Shown here piece after piece: positions 43,484 to 54,901 of a DNA stretch of 64,000 nt (position 1 is the stretch's first letter; each line of letters begins with the position of its first letter). The notes under the pieces were generated by a model that ran no database searches, was not told the origin of the DNA, and saw nothing but the letters and a program-made list of their open reading frames with translations. Location of the stretch: positions 7,257-71,256 of the forward strand of contig JAHFCF010000008.1 in assembly GCA_023249645.1 (NCBI GenBank), read 5' to 3'. Source of the DNA: Elusimicrobiota bacterium. GTDB lineage: Bacteria > Elusimicrobiota > Elusimicrobia > UBA1565 > UBA9628. The translations under genes were made by a program, and so were the position numbers.

Positions 43484-45471
43484 TGGAGCTTCTCGCCCCA
43501 GCCGGAGATTGGGCCGCGCTGGAGTCGGCCCTGGAGGCTGGTGTCAATGCGGTTTACCTGGGATTGCGGGATCTCAATGCCCGCCGGCGGGCCAAGAATT
43601 TCGGCGTGGATGAGTTCGCTCGGGCCATCGAGGCTGCCCACGTCCGTCATGCGCGGGTCTATCTCACGCTCAACACGGACATCGCCGAGCGCGAGCTGGG
43701 AGAGGCGGCGCGATCCCTGGAGCTGGCGCGCCGATGCGGCGCTGACGCGGTCCTGGTGCGCGATCCGGCGCTCTTCGCTCTGCGGCCTCTTTATCCGGGA
43801 TTGGAATTCCACCTGAGCACGCAGGCCTGCGCGGCGAACAGCGCTGACGCGGCCGCGGCCCTCGCTTTGGATATGCAGCGGGTGGTTCTGGCGCGCGAGC
43901 TCTCTTTAAAAGAAATCGCCGCGGCTTCGAGCGTGCCTGGCATGAAGACCGAGGTCTTTGTCCAAGGGGCGCTTTGCTTCTCTGTCTCCGGGCGCTGCCT
44001 TCTCTCCAGCTGGGCCGGCGGCCGCAGCGGCAACCGCGGCGCTTGCGCAAGCCCCTGCCGTGTGCCCTGGACCGTGGATGGCGAGAGCGCCACGACCGTC
44101 TTATCCATGAAGGACCTTTGCGCCTTGCCTCATGTGGAGGGACTGCGGCGCGCGGGAGTCGCGGCCTTGAAGATCGAGGGGCGTTTGAAGAGCGCGGAGT
44201 GGGTGCGCCGGGCGGTCGGCATCTATCATCGGGCTTTGGCGGGGGAAGATCTGAGTCAGCTCGGTCTTGAAGCTCAAGCACTGGGCGATTACACGGGCCG
44301 CGAGCAGACCTGCGGCCATCTCGAGGGCCGCCACGAGGGATTGACCGGGGTCTTCGGCCGCCCGCAAGGGGAAGGCGGGTCGTTGAGAGCGGCGTCTGAA
44401 AAACCGGTGTATGACTTGGTCGTATCGGTTGCGGAAAAAACGATCTCATGCCGGTGCGCTTGGGCGGATCAAGTCCGGGAATGGTCCTTGCCTAAGACCG
44501 CGGTACGGCGTGTAAAAAAAGCTATATCTTTAAAAGATATTTTAAAGAGATTGGAAGAGGAATCCATCCAAGGGCTCAGGCTTGGTCATGCGGAGATCAA
44601 TGAGCCGGATCTCCTTCTGCCTCCTCGGGCGGCCAATGCCTTGGTCGACCGTCTTTCCGTCGAGCTTCGGCTCATGCGCAAGAAGCCCGAGAGAAAAATC
44701 CGTTTGGAATTGCCGGCTCCAGTCCGTGAAATCTTGGCTCCCACGAAGCTGAACCCCGGGAATCGGCTCTGTCTGGGAGATCCGTCCGATCGCGTCCGCC
44801 TTGCAGCGGCCCAGGTCGAGTCCTTCGCCGCGCTGATCCCTGCCGGAGGCGCGCTCGTCGAAGGGCTCGATGCTTCGCAGGTGCGCCAGGGTCCTTTCGT
44901 CGTGGCTCTGCCTTCTGTCTTTTTTGAGGACGACATCCCGAAGATCCAGGCGCTGATCTTGGCCTGCAAGAAGTTCGGCTTGCCTGTGGAGGTCAATAGT
45001 CTCGGAGGATGGCATCTGGCCAAGGAAGTCGGTGTGGCTATGGAGGGAGGACCTGGCTTGTCCGTCTTGAATTCTCTGGCTGCCCGGCGGTTGATGGAGA
45101 TGGGACTCTCCAGCGTTACGTTTTCTTTAGAAGCTGACAAGCAGCAGCTCGAGGACATGTCCGCGCATTGTCTTTTGCCCTGCTCGATCGTCGTCTATGG
45201 CAGGCCGGCGCTCATGACCACGCGCGTGAAGATCGGATTCGAAGGGAAGGTCATCGAAGACCGCCGGGGCGTTCGCTTGCGGGCCAGGAAGGAAGGCAGC
45301 GTCCGGGTCCTGCGTCCCACGGATCCGTTCGATTGGCGGGAGCTCAAGAATCCGCGCATCCGGGCAGCGCATCTGGTCGTGGACCTGGTCGGCTCGGCGA
45401 ATGCTGAGGGTGATTGGCGTTCCGCGCCCTCGAAAAACAGGTTTTTCAACTACAGCCGGACCTTGGCTTGA
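43480..45471 (+). CDS. Peptidase U32-family protein (collagenase-like, long form)
   Basis: Start at the ATGATGG overlapping the cupin stop. 'ELLAPAGDWAALESALEAGVNAVYLG' is the U32 N-terminus. The Cys block 'CFSVSGRCLLS…CASPC' and 'KIEGR' are present. It has about 200 aa of extra C-terminal sequence. Confidence 0.75.
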   Translation: MMELLAPAGDWAALESALEAGVNAVYLGLRDLNARRRAKNFGVDEFARAIEAAHVRHARVYLTLNTDIAERELGEAARSLELARRCGADAVLVRDPALFALRPLYPGLEFHLSTQACAANSADAAAALALDMQRVVLARELSLKEIAAASSVPGMKTEVFVQGALCFSVSGRCLLSSWAGGRSGNRGACASPCRVPWTVDGESATTVLSMKDLCALPHVEGLRRAGVAALKIEGRLKSAEWVRRAVGIYHRALAGEDLSQLGLEAQALGDYTGREQTCGHLEGRHEGLTGVFGRPQGEGGSLRAASEKPVYDLVVSVAEKTISCRCAWADQVREWSLPKTAVRRVKKAISLKDILKRLEEESIQGLRLGHAEINEPDLLLPPRAANALVDRLSVELRLMRKKPERKIRLELPAPVREILAPTKLNPGNRLCLGDPSDRVRLAAAQVESFAALIPAGGALVEGLDASQVRQGPFVVALPSVFFEDDIPKIQALILACKKFGLPVEVNSLGGWHLAKEVGVAMEGGPGLSVLNSLAARRLMEMGLSSVTFSLEADKQQLEDMSAHCLLPCSIVVYGRPALMTTRVKIGFEGKVIEDRRGVRLRARKEGSVRVLRPTDPFDWRELKNPRIRAAHLVVDLVGSANAEGDWRSAPSKNRFFNYSRTLA

Positions 45472-45598
45472 AAATTGTATGATTGAGATGTGGACTTTGA
45501 TTCAGAGGAGGCGCGCCAATGGGCACTCATGACGCCCGTTCAGCGCTATTTGGAGAGCTCTCAGCTCTGGTCCAACTACATCCTCCTGGGAGGTTCAC

Positions 45599-46348
45599 TT
45601 GATCCCGAGCCCGATTCACAAAGCCCTTTTGACTTTCCAGAACTGCAGCGCGCGGTTCCTTCTGATGGGAGGCCAGGCGTGCATATTGTACGGCGCGGCG
45701 GAATTTAGCCGCGATGTAGACCTCGCCATCGCCAGCGATGGGGAGAATCTGGAGCGCCTCAAGAAAGCCCTCGCCGAATTGCACGCGGAAAGCGTTTTCG
45801 TTCCTTCTCTGGACGCGGAGGTGTTGAAGCGAGGCCATTCCTGCCATTTCCGCTGCCATACTCCTGAAACCGAGGGTCTTCGCCTGGACATCATGGCCCG
45901 GATGCGCGGGTGCGATGATTTTGACGCGCTCTGGGAGCGCCGTACCACCATCCAAATCCCAGGAATCGGCGATTTGGGCGTGCTGTCTTTGCCGGATCTG
46001 GTCAAAGCCAAGAAAACCCAGCGCGAGAAAGATTGGCCCATGATCCGCCGATTGATCGAAGCGGACATTCTGCAGGCTCAAGACAAGGCGACGGAAAAGC
46101 AGATCCGGTTTTGGCTTCAAGAATGCCGCACAGTGTCGGAACTTGTGCGCTTGGCCCAAGAATGGCCGGATCTGTGCCGACGCACTTCCGGCCAACGGAA
46201 ACTTTTAGCTCATGCTCTTGCCGGAGATGCGGCAGCGCTTGAAAACAGCCTCCGCGAAGAGGAGTCGTCCGAAAAGGACGTTGACCGCCGCTATTGGACT
46301 CCCTTGCGCCTAGAGTTGGAAAAGTGGCGGCATGAAAGAAAGTCTTAA
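45599..46348 (+). CDS. Hypothetical protein, nucleotidyltransferase-fold-like N-terminus
   Basis: 249 aa, TTG start. 'LLMGGQACILYGAAEFSRDVDLAI' resembles minimal-nucleotidyltransferase-fold GG…D.D motifs. It overlaps the small ORF 45490..45708. Confidence 0.3.
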   Translation: MIPSPIHKALLTFQNCSARFLLMGGQACILYGAAEFSRDVDLAIASDGENLERLKKALAELHAESVFVPSLDAEVLKRGHSCHFRCHTPETEGLRLDIMARMRGCDDFDALWERRTTIQIPGIGDLGVLSLPDLVKAKKTQREKDWPMIRRLIEADILQAQDKATEKQIRFWLQECRTVSELVRLAQEWPDLCRRTSGQRKLLAHALAGDAAALENSLREEESSEKDVDRRYWTPLRLELEKWRHERKS

Positions 46349-46354
46349 CGCCGC

Positions 46355-47101
46355 TCAGCGGCTCTGCTGAAGCCCGCCGAAGGCCCACACGCCCCAGGCC
46401 GCGGCCGCGGCGGAGAAGACCAGGATCGCGGCCAGGTCCGTGACCGGCGAGAACACGCTCCAGCCCAGCATGACGTGGCGCATCAGGTCGACACAGTAGG
46501 TGAACGGGTCGAGGCACGAGGCAAGCCTGAGCCATTGGACGGATCCGGAGATGTCGAAGAGCGCTCCGCCGAAGAAGAACATGGGCCAGGTCAGAAAACT
46601 CATGACCAGGCCGAAGCCTTCCATGCTCTTCATGCGCGCGCCGATCGCGAGTCCGATCGTGGCCATGAGAAACGAGGTGAGAGTCGACACGAGCAGCGCC
46701 CAGAGGAACTGGGCGGGCCCCAGGGGCAGGATGATGGCCGCGCCGAGGATCATCAGGATCAAGGCTTCCAGGATGGCGCCGACCATCCCGCCCAGGGTCT
46801 TCCCCATGAAGAGGGTAGAGCGCGAGATGGGCGCGACCAAGACCTCCTTCAAGAAATCGAGCCGCTTGTCCCAGATGATGTAGAGCCCGTAAGTGATGGC
46901 GGTAAACAGGATGACCATGCAGACGATCCCCGGGAAGATGAACTGCTGGTAACTGTACCCAGGCACGGGGCTGTGTCCCGAGAGGCCGTGGCCCACCACG
47001 AAGAGGAAGAGGAGCGGCGAGATGAGGACGGCGAGTATGCGCTCCTTCTCCCGGAAATAGATCTTGACCTCGCGCAGCAGCAGGGCGTAGACGGCGTTCA
47101 T
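46355..47101 (-). CDS. ABC-2-type transporter permease
   Basis: 248 aa with six TM helices. It overlaps the upstream ATPase gene by 4 bp. Confidence 0.8.
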   Translation of the reverse strand: MNAVYALLLREVKIYFREKERILAVLISPLLFLFVVGHGLSGHSPVPGYSYQQFIFPGIVCMVILFTAITYGLYIIWDKRLDFLKEVLVAPISRSTLFMGKTLGGMVGAILEALILMILGAAIILPLGPAQFLWALLVSTLTSFLMATIGLAIGARMKSMEGFGLVMSFLTWPMFFFGGALFDISGSVQWLRLASCLDPFTYCVDLMRHVMLGWSVFSPVTDLAAILVFSAAAAAWGVWAFGGLQQSR

Positions 47102-48066
47102 CGGGATTTCTCCGCCGTGGCGATCCGCTCGAAGATCGTGTCCGCGCCTTCCTCGTCGCGCATCTGGCGGCCGGTGAACTTGAGGAAGACGTCCTCGAGA
47201 GTGACGCGGCGCACCTCGACCTCGTCGAGGGCGGGGCAGAGGTCGAGGATGGCCTTCAGGCGCTTGGGCGCGTCGATGACCGTGAGCCGCAGGGCTGCGT
47301 CCTCGCGCACGATCTCCTTGACGAAGTCGAGTCGGGCGAAGGCCTCCGGGCTCACGGCGCCTTTCAAGACCACGATGTCGCCTCCGACCTTTCGCTTGAG
47401 ATCATCGGGAGAACCCATCTCGCGGATGCGGCCATGGTCGATGATGGCCACGCGGTCGGAGAGGTCGTCGGCCTCCTCCATGTAATGGGTCGACAGGATG
47501 ACGGTGGTGCCTGAGCGGTCTTTGAGGTTGCGGATGTAGCCCCAGACGGCCTGGCGGCTGGCCGGGTCGAGGCCCAGGGTCGGTTCGTCCAAAAAAAGGA
47601 TCTTCGGCTCGTGGATGAGCCCGCGCGCGATCTCGAGCCTGCGGCGCATGCCGCCGGAATAGGTGCGCACGAGGCTCTCAGCGCGGTCGCTCAAGCCCAC
47701 CAAGGTCAGAAGCCGCTCCATGCGCGGGGCGATCTCTTTTCTGGGCACGCCGTAGAGCAGCGAGTGCAGCTGCAGGTTCTCGCGGCCGCTGAGCAGATCG
47801 TCCACGCTGGGTTCCTGGAACACGATGCCGATCTTGCGGCGCACCTCGAGGCCCTCGCGGATGATGTCGTGGCCGGCCACTTGCGCCGAGCCCGAGGTGG
47901 GAGCGATCAGCGTGCAGAGCATGCTGATGAAGGTCGTCTTGCCGGCGCCGTTGGGGCCTAGAAGTGCGAAGACCTCGCCTTCCTCGATGGAGATGTCCAG
48001 GCTGTCCACGGCCGTGAGCGGCCCGAAGCGTTTGGTGAGTTTTTCAGTCAGGATGGCGGCAGGCAT
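47098..48066 (-). CDS. ABC transporter ATP-binding protein (DrrA-like)
   Basis: 322 aa with Walker A 'GPNGAGKTT', signature 'YSGGMRRR' and Walker B 'LFLDEPT'. Confidence 0.9.
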   Translation of the reverse strand: MPAAILTEKLTKRFGPLTAVDSLDISIEEGEVFALLGPNGAGKTTFISMLCTLIAPTSGSAQVAGHDIIREGLEVRRKIGIVFQEPSVDDLLSGRENLQLHSLLYGVPRKEIAPRMERLLTLVGLSDRAESLVRTYSGGMRRRLEIARGLIHEPKILFLDEPTLGLDPASRQAVWGYIRNLKDRSGTTVILSTHYMEEADDLSDRVAIIDHGRIREMGSPDDLKRKVGGDIVVLKGAVSPEAFARLDFVKEIVREDAALRLTVIDAPKRLKAILDLCPALDEVEVRRVTLEDVFLKFTGRQMRDEEGADTIFERIATAEKSR

Positions 48067-48116
48067 CGGATACAGTAAAGCAATTTCCGCTCACAGGATG
48101 CTAAGAAGCAGCCAGC

Positions 48117-49157
48117 TCACGGCCCGAGGACGGATTGGGGACGCAGGAAGTGGCAGGTGTAGCCTTGAGGATGCTTCTGCAGATAGTCCTGATGTCCCTC
48201 TTCGGCCCGGTAGAACGGAGCGGCCCTCACGATCTGCGTGACGATGGGCGCTCCCCAATGCCCCTGCTGCGCCACGCGCGCTTTGACGGCCTCGGCGGTC
48301 TTGTGTTCATCGTCGGTATGATAAAAGATTGCCGAGCGGTACGAGGAACCGACGTCGTTGCCTTGGCGGTTGAGGGTGGTCGGATCGTGCATACGGAAGA
48401 ACCAGCCCAGCAGGTCCTCGAAGGAGAGCTTGTCGGGATCGAAGACGACCCGGACGGCCTCCGCGTGGCCGCTCACGCCGGAGTGCACCGCCTCATAGTT
48501 CGGTGAGAGGGTGAGACCGCCCGTGTATCCCGCCTCGGTGCTGAGCACGCCGGGGATCTTTCTTAAGAGTTCCTGCATGCCCCAGAAGCAGCCGCCCGCC
48601 AGCTCCACGGTCTCGCGGCGGCCTGCCTTGAAGAGCGTCCGGTAGCGGCCATAGCCCGCGGCCTCCAGTTTGCCGGCCGGGATGAAGCGCAAAGAGGCGC
48701 TGTTGATGCAGTAGCGCAGGCCGGTGGGGGCCGGACCGTCGTTGAAGACGTGGCCGAGGTGTGAGTCCGCGTGCTTGGAGCGCACCTCCACGCGTTCCAC
48801 GCCGAGAGAGCGATCGGATTTTTTGATCACGTTGTCCGGCTCGACGGGTTTGCTGAAGCTGGGCCAGCCGGTCCCTGAATCGAATTTGTCCGCGGAGGAG
48901 AAGAGGGGCTCGCCGCTGGCGATGTCCACGTAGAGGCCGGCTTCGTGGTTGTCCCAGTAGGCGTTGTGGAACGGCGGCTCGGTGGCCGCGTTGCAGACCA
49001 CGGCGAACTGCTCCGGCGTGAGGTGCTTTTTCAACTCTTGCTGGGAAGGCTTTTTGTATTCTGTCACGGGATCCTCCGGAGAGGACGGCGGGTCCTGCGC
49101 GCGGGCGCTCAAAGCCCCGAGCGTCGCTATCAGCAGGCCGATGATCGCCGTTCTCAT
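48117..49157 (-). CDS. msrAB: Secreted bifunctional peptide-methionine sulfoxide reductase MsrB-MsrA
   Basis: Start at '[20 protein letters not shown]' (signal peptide). The MsrB block has a '[11 protein letters not shown]' Cys, and the MsrA block has the active site 'GGCFWG'. Confidence 0.85.
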   Translation of the reverse strand: MRTAIIGLLIATLGALSARAQDPPSSPEDPVTEYKKPSQQELKKHLTPEQFAVVCNAATEPPFHNAYWDNHEAGLYVDIASGEPLFSSADKFDSGTGWPSFSKPVEPDNVIKKSDRSLGVERVEVRSKHADSHLGHVFNDGPAPTGLRYCINSASLRFIPAGKLEAAGYGRYRTLFKAGRRETVELAGGCFWGMQELLRKIPGVLSTEAGYTGGLTLSPNYEAVHSGVSGHAEAVRVVFDPDKLSFEDLLGWFFRMHDPTTLNRQGNDVGSSYRSAIFYHTDDEHKTAEAVKARVAQQGHWGAPIVTQIVRAAPFYRAEEGHQDYLQKHPQGYTCHFLRPQSVLGP

Positions 49158-49164
49158 GCTTTGA

Positions 49165-49575
49165 TCACGCCGGAACCTGGAAGCGCTGGCGGACCTTCGC
49201 CGCGATCTGGCCATCGGTCATCTTGTCAGCGGTCTCGAGGCCGACGATGCTCTCGCCGAGCTTGCGGCTCTCCAGGAATTTTTTAAGCTCGAGCTTGGCC
49301 TCGCCGGGGCCGAAGATCAGCAGGGAGCGCGCATCGTGAAGGCGCTCGATCACCCGGTCGAAATATATCCCCAGATGTCCCGCGAAAGCCGCCTCGCGCG
49401 TGTCGTCTGCCGGCGCGTACTGCGTACCATAGGAGGGCGTGGAATTTAGGCCTCCCTGGCGGTGCGGCTGCTTCTCGACCTCGGATCGGATCTCCTCGAT
49501 GGATTCGCCCTTGTCCGAGAGGGTCACGACCACGGCCCGGCGATGGTCGATCCATACACCCATTCTCTTGGCCAT
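49165..49575 (-). CDS. Hypothetical protein, host-attachment-protein-like (PF10116-like)
   Basis: 136 aa. '[14 protein letters not shown]…[17 protein letters not shown]…[14 protein letters not shown]' resembles the Host_attach family pattern. Confidence is low. Confidence 0.35.
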   Translation of the reverse strand: MAKRMGVWIDHRRAVVVTLSDKGESIEEIRSEVEKQPHRQGGLNSTPSYGTQYAPADDTREAAFAGHLGIYFDRVIERLHDARSLLIFGPGEAKLELKKFLESRKLGESIVGLETADKMTDGQIAAKVRQRFQVPA

Positions 49576-49626
49576 AGATTTCCCCTATTTGAGTCGGTTT
49601 CTTCCTTATAATATAGGGGAAACAGG

Positions 49627-51095
<1,469 letters not shown>

Positions 51096-51114
51096 GCGGT
51101 GCTCTTCCGGTGCC

Positions 51115-51462
51115 TCAGGAGTTTTTAGCCGGGTTGGCCCGATACATCAGGACATGCACGGTCTCTATGGTGACCAAGCCTTCCTGGATCATCTCGTTGA
51201 GCTTGGGGATGAGCGTCTTGATCTTGTCCTCCGTGTCCACGATCTCGATGAGGACGGGCAGATCGTAGGAAAGTTCCAGAAGCTTGGTCGTGTGGATATG
51301 CGCTCCACGGCCGAATCCAAGGAACCCCCGGAGGGTGGTTGCGCCGGCTATCCCAAGGGAGCGGGCCTGCTGGATGATGGCTTCGTAGAGAGGCAGGCCG
51401 TTCCATTTGTCCTGCTCCAGGATGAAGATGCGCAGGAGTTTCTGTTCGCCTTCCAGTTTCAT
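51115..51462 (-). CDS. DUF190 (PII-like) protein, typical crcB neighbour
   Basis: 115 aa. 'KLLRIFILEQDKWNGLPLYEAII' is the DUF190 pattern. It lies immediately downstream of crcB. Confidence 0.6.
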   Translation of the reverse strand: MKLEGEQKLLRIFILEQDKWNGLPLYEAIIQQARSLGIAGATTLRGFLGFGRGAHIHTTKLLELSYDLPVLIEIVDTEDKIKTLIPKLNEMIQEGLVTIETVHVLMYRANPAKNS

Positions 51463-51472
51463 GTCGTCCTCC

Positions 51473-51847
51473 TCAGATGATCGCCCCGATATAAGTCCCT
51501 AGGCGATACAAGATGAATCCCGCAATGGCGCTGCCAAAAACATTGAGCAGGGCGCGCATAATTTCGCCGTCATTGAGCAGGTTCGAGGTCTCCAGGATCC
51601 AGGTCGAGAATGTGGAATAGGCGCCGCAAAAGCCGGTCATCAGAAAGAGCCGCGCCTGCGGTCCCAGCAGGGAACGAACTTCCTCCATGCTGTTGAAGAT
51701 GCCGAGCAAAAGGCACGCGGAGAGGTTGATGAGCAAGGTTCCATACGGGAAATCGGTACCGGCGAATCCGGGGACCCATCGGGCCACGATGTAGCGCAGA
51801 AAAGTGCCCGCGATGCCTCCTCCGGCAAGAAGGACCCATTTATTCAT
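51473..51847 (-). CDS. crcB: Fluoride-specific ion channel CrcB/Fluc
   Basis: Start at 'MNKWVLLAGGG', 138 codons inside ORF 51473..52261. It is 124 aa with four TM helices, and 'GTFLRY…GYGTLLINLSAC…GFCGAYSTFSTW' are CrcB signatures. Confidence 0.8.
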   Translation of the reverse strand: MNKWVLLAGGGIAGTFLRYIVARWVPGFAGTDFPYGTLLINLSACLLLGIFNSMEEVRSLLGPQARLFLMTGFCGAYSTFSTWILETSNLLNDGEIMRALLNVFGSAIAGFILYRLGTYIGAII

Positions 51848-52015
51848 GATCGCGGAGTGTGTCGTATGGACAACAATACAAGGAAAAAGGCCGGCTTGCA
51901 AGAGAGGCGCTGGAATCCCGATGGGAGTTGTCATCTTCTCGATCCAAATTATCCATAATGTCATGATGGCGGAGCGACGATGCAGGCTTCCTGTGCGGAA
52001 TGTTGAGGCGCACCG

Positions 52016-52756
52016 ATGAATCGACGCGCATCCGTGGTCCTGGTCCGGCTCGTTTTCGCCGCGTCTTTGCTTGGCGCCGCCGGCGGGGCCGGCGCTGAGG
52101 AGACCGCGTCCCGGGCGTGGAAGGACGTCGCCGAGCTTGGCTTCACGAACACCACCGGCAACAGCCGGGTCGCCACGTTCGAGGCGGACAATCTTTTCAG
52201 CTATGCCTGGAAACGCACGGGCCTGGAGCTCAAGGGGGGTGCCCTGACTTCCAAGGAACATGGCAAGACCGCGGACGAGGAGTATAACGCGAGCGAGAAG
52301 GTCACGCGGGAACTCGCCGGGAAGCTTTACGGATACGAGAGGTTCGGTTGGGATCGGAATCGTTTTTCCGGGATCCGCGACCGCTATAATTCTTTCCTAG
52401 GCGCCGGGGAGGAGCTGTGGAGCGCGCCGAAGGACAGCCTCGTCGGGGAAGCCGGCGCCGGCTATATCAGCGAAGAAAGGCCGGACAAGACTGACGCCTT
52501 CGCGTCCGGGAGACTCTACGTGAAATGTGTCCATGCGCTGAGCAAGACGGCCAGCGTTTTCCAGGACGCGGAGTACCTGTACAATTTCCAGGACGCCGCG
52601 GACTATCGGCTCAACACCGAGACGGCCCTTCTGGCCTCGATCTCCACCAACGTCGCGCTGAAGGCTTCCTACAAATGGAAGAGGGTCGAGAAGCCCGCCC
52701 CCGGCTTTATCAAGGACGATACGATCACGACCATGGCGCTGGTCGTCAATTATTGA
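52016..52756 (+). CDS. DUF481-family outer-membrane beta-barrel protein (YdiY-like)
   Basis: 246 aa with a signal peptide. It has alternating beta-strand periodicity, and 'TNTTGNS…' is the DUF481 N-terminal pattern. It ends with the aromatic 'VVNY'. Confidence 0.55.
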   Translation: MNRRASVVLVRLVFAASLLGAAGGAGAEETASRAWKDVAELGFTNTTGNSRVATFEADNLFSYAWKRTGLELKGGALTSKEHGKTADEEYNASEKVTRELAGKLYGYERFGWDRNRFSGIRDRYNSFLGAGEELWSAPKDSLVGEAGAGYISEERPDKTDAFASGRLYVKCVHALSKTASVFQDAEYLYNFQDAADYRLNTETALLASISTNVALKASYKWKRVEKPAPGFIKDDTITTMALVVNY

Positions 52757-53206
52757 TATTCAGCGGGCTTTCCAGTCCGCGTGTCAGGCTTGTTTCTTGA
52801 TCGAGAGACGGACATGCGCCTTGCTGGCGCCGGTCTCATCGGCCACCTTGTCTATCAATTCTGTCGCGCTCAAGCCTCGGCCGATGGAATGGCCGTATTG
52901 GTTGTGGGCGCGCCAGAATTTCATGCTCGCCTGTATCGCTTTCTGATTCTCTTTTGTCCGATCAAGGCCGGCGGACTGGTTCATGCCTCAGTGTATCATT
53001 TCACGAGGCGCGGCGGGGTCTTTGAAAAAAACTGGCGGGCCAGTCTGTGCAATAGATAAAACTCATCGCGTGGCCTTCTCATGGGCGGATTAAAATAATC
53101 CATTCGTGTCGTTGTTGGGCAAACGCCCGCAGAAAGGGTACAATTAAAATTGTCAACAGGTTCTATCCGGCAAGATGTTCCAGATGGAGCCGCAGTGGAG
53201 GAAAGG

Positions 53207-54619
53207 ATGTTGAAGAAGATGCTATGGCCGTTGGCGTCGCTGGTCTTTCTCGCCGGCTGCGCGTCCGGCCCGATAACGGCGGGCTTGCCCGGCCATCAGG
53301 CCGAAGTCGGGCCCCAGCCAACGCTCGAACGCTCCGCCGCTTCGGAGCCGGGGTTCTGCGTCGTCTCGGTGCAGTCGATGTGGCCCTCCCAAAGGTTCTT
53401 TCATTACGAGGCGTTCGCCGCCAACGCGTCCTTCCGAGATATCCGGCTGCTCACCGACAACCACCCCGGCCCGCAGGGCTGCGACGTCCTGCTCAAGCTC
53501 TTCACGCCCGGCCGAACCGCCTGGTCCACCCACAGGGTCGAGGCCTACTCCGCGTACACGCGCGAATTGGTGTGGGAAGGCTCCGCGCCGGGACAGACGA
53601 ACGCCATGGGTTACATGCGACTGGCGCCCGTCCTGCAGCGGGCCTTCCAGCCCGGTCAGCCGGCGTATGAGAGGATCGCGGCGGACAAGAAGGCCGGCCA
53701 CGCGCCCACCGTCGACGACGTCGAGCATTCCTTCGGCGGCCTCACGCCCGAGGCCGGCGAGTACGGTCTGGGCGCGTTCCCGAACGTCCGCGTCGGGGCT
53801 CGTCCCCAGGAGACGCCCGTCGCGGCCGCCGTGCCGGTCCACGCGCCGGCCCTGGCTCCGGCCCCGGAGTCCCCGCCGACGACCTCCGACGTCGACGAGC
53901 CTCCGGCGGCCTCCGGCCTCAAGCGCGGCCACGCGGTCATCGTGGGCGTCGAGCGGTACCGCGGCAATCTGCCCAAGGCGGACTACGCCGTGTCCGACGC
54001 CAAGACGATGGCGCGCTACGCCCACGCCGTCCTTGGCTATCCTGAGGAGAACATCGCGCTGCTGACCGGCGAGACCGCTACGCGCAGCGATCTGGTCAAG
54101 TACCTCGAGAAGTGGCTGGCCAACCGCGTGGAGAAGGACGACGAGGTCTTCGTGTATTTCTCCGGTCATGGCGCGCCCGATGTCAAGACCGGCGACGCGT
54201 ATCTGGTCCCCTACGACGGCGACCCAGCCTACCTCGAGGAGACCGGCTACTCCGTCAAGAAGCTCTACGCGGCGCTGGCCGCGCTGCCGGCCAGGAAGGT
54301 CACGGCGGTGCTGGACTCGTGCTTCTCCGGCGCGGGCGGGCGCTCGGTCATCGCCAAGGGCGCGCGTCCGCTGGTCACCGTGAAGGCCGCCGACGCGCCT
54401 GCGGGCGTGACGGTCATCGCCGCCGCGGGCGCCGGCCAGGTCTCCAACACCTACGACGAGAAGGGCCACGGTCTGTTCACCTACTTCCTTCTCAAGGGTA
54501 TGAAGGAGCGCGGCTCGGACCTCAAGCTCGTCTTCGACTATCTCAAGCCCGAGGTCGCCAGAGTGGCGCGGCGCGAGTACAACGCCGACCAGGAGCCGCA
54601 GTGGAGGGAGGGGCGCTGA
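53207..54619 (+). CDS. Lipoprotein caspase-family protease (peptidase C14), paralog 3
   Basis: Start at 'MLKKMLWPLASLVFLAGC' (lipobox). The caspase domain has 'HAVIVGVERY', 'YFSGHGAP', 'DSCFSGAGG'. It is about 70% identical to paralogs 1 and 2 in that domain. The N-terminal domain is unrelated. Confidence 0.8.
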   Translation: MLKKMLWPLASLVFLAGCASGPITAGLPGHQAEVGPQPTLERSAASEPGFCVVSVQSMWPSQRFFHYEAFAANASFRDIRLLTDNHPGPQGCDVLLKLFTPGRTAWSTHRVEAYSAYTRELVWEGSAPGQTNAMGYMRLAPVLQRAFQPGQPAYERIAADKKAGHAPTVDDVEHSFGGLTPEAGEYGLGAFPNVRVGARPQETPVAAAVPVHAPALAPAPESPPTTSDVDEPPAASGLKRGHAVIVGVERYRGNLPKADYAVSDAKTMARYAHAVLGYPEENIALLTGETATRSDLVKYLEKWLANRVEKDDEVFVYFSGHGAPDVKTGDAYLVPYDGDPAYLEETGYSVKKLYAALAALPARKVTAVLDSCFSGAGGRSVIAKGARPLVTVKAADAPAGVTVIAAAGAGQVSNTYDEKGHGLFTYFLLKGMKERGSDLKLVFDYLKPEVARVARREYNADQEPQWREGR

Positions 54620-54653
54620 GATGCGGCTCGCGCCGGGTTGGCTCTTACAAAAC

Positions 54654-54732
54654 TGGCGGGGTCGACGGGATTTGAACCCGCGGTCTCCGCCTTGACAGGG
54701 CGGCGTGTTAAACCAGGCTACACCACGACCCC
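54654..54732 (-). tRNA. tRNA-Asp (GTC), CCA encoded
   Basis: Reverse complement GGGGTCGTGGTGTAGCCTGGTTTAACACGCCGCCCTGTCAAGGCGGAGACCGCGGGTTCAAATCCCGTCGACCCCGCCA. It folds as a cloverleaf with anticodon loop CTGTCAA and T-loop GTTCAAATC. Confidence 0.85.
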
Positions 54733-54778
54733 AAAATCGAGGATTCACTATACCAAATTGCGGGGGCGAGAAAAAACG

Positions 54779-54850
54779 TGGGCCGTGTAGGATTCGAACC
54801 TACGACCTACCGCGTGTAAGGCGGCCGCTCTACCGCTGAGCTAACGGCCC
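54779..54850 (-). tRNA. tRNA-Val (TAC), CCA not encoded
   Basis: Reverse complement GGGCCGTTAGCTCAGCGGTAGAGCGGCCGCCTTACACGCGGTAGGTCGTAGGTTCGAATCCTACACGGCCCA. The anticodon loop is CTTACAC and the T-loop is GTTCGAATC. A T-run follows. Confidence 0.8.
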
Positions 54851-54901
54851 ATCTGCGCTCTACACATAGCACTTAACACATTTTCCAATATACGTGCTAG
54901 T

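Noticed and set aside
51848-52015. Possible fluoride riboswitch in the crcB leader
   Set aside because: I could not find the conserved crcB-motif elements (…GGCGATGG…, …CTGATG…CTAC…) when reading the minus-strand leader. It is left as rejected pending a covariance-model scan.
53222-54748. 508-aa ORF antisense to caspase paralog 3
   Set aside because: It is an antisense artefact. It would also run across the tRNA-Asp gene.
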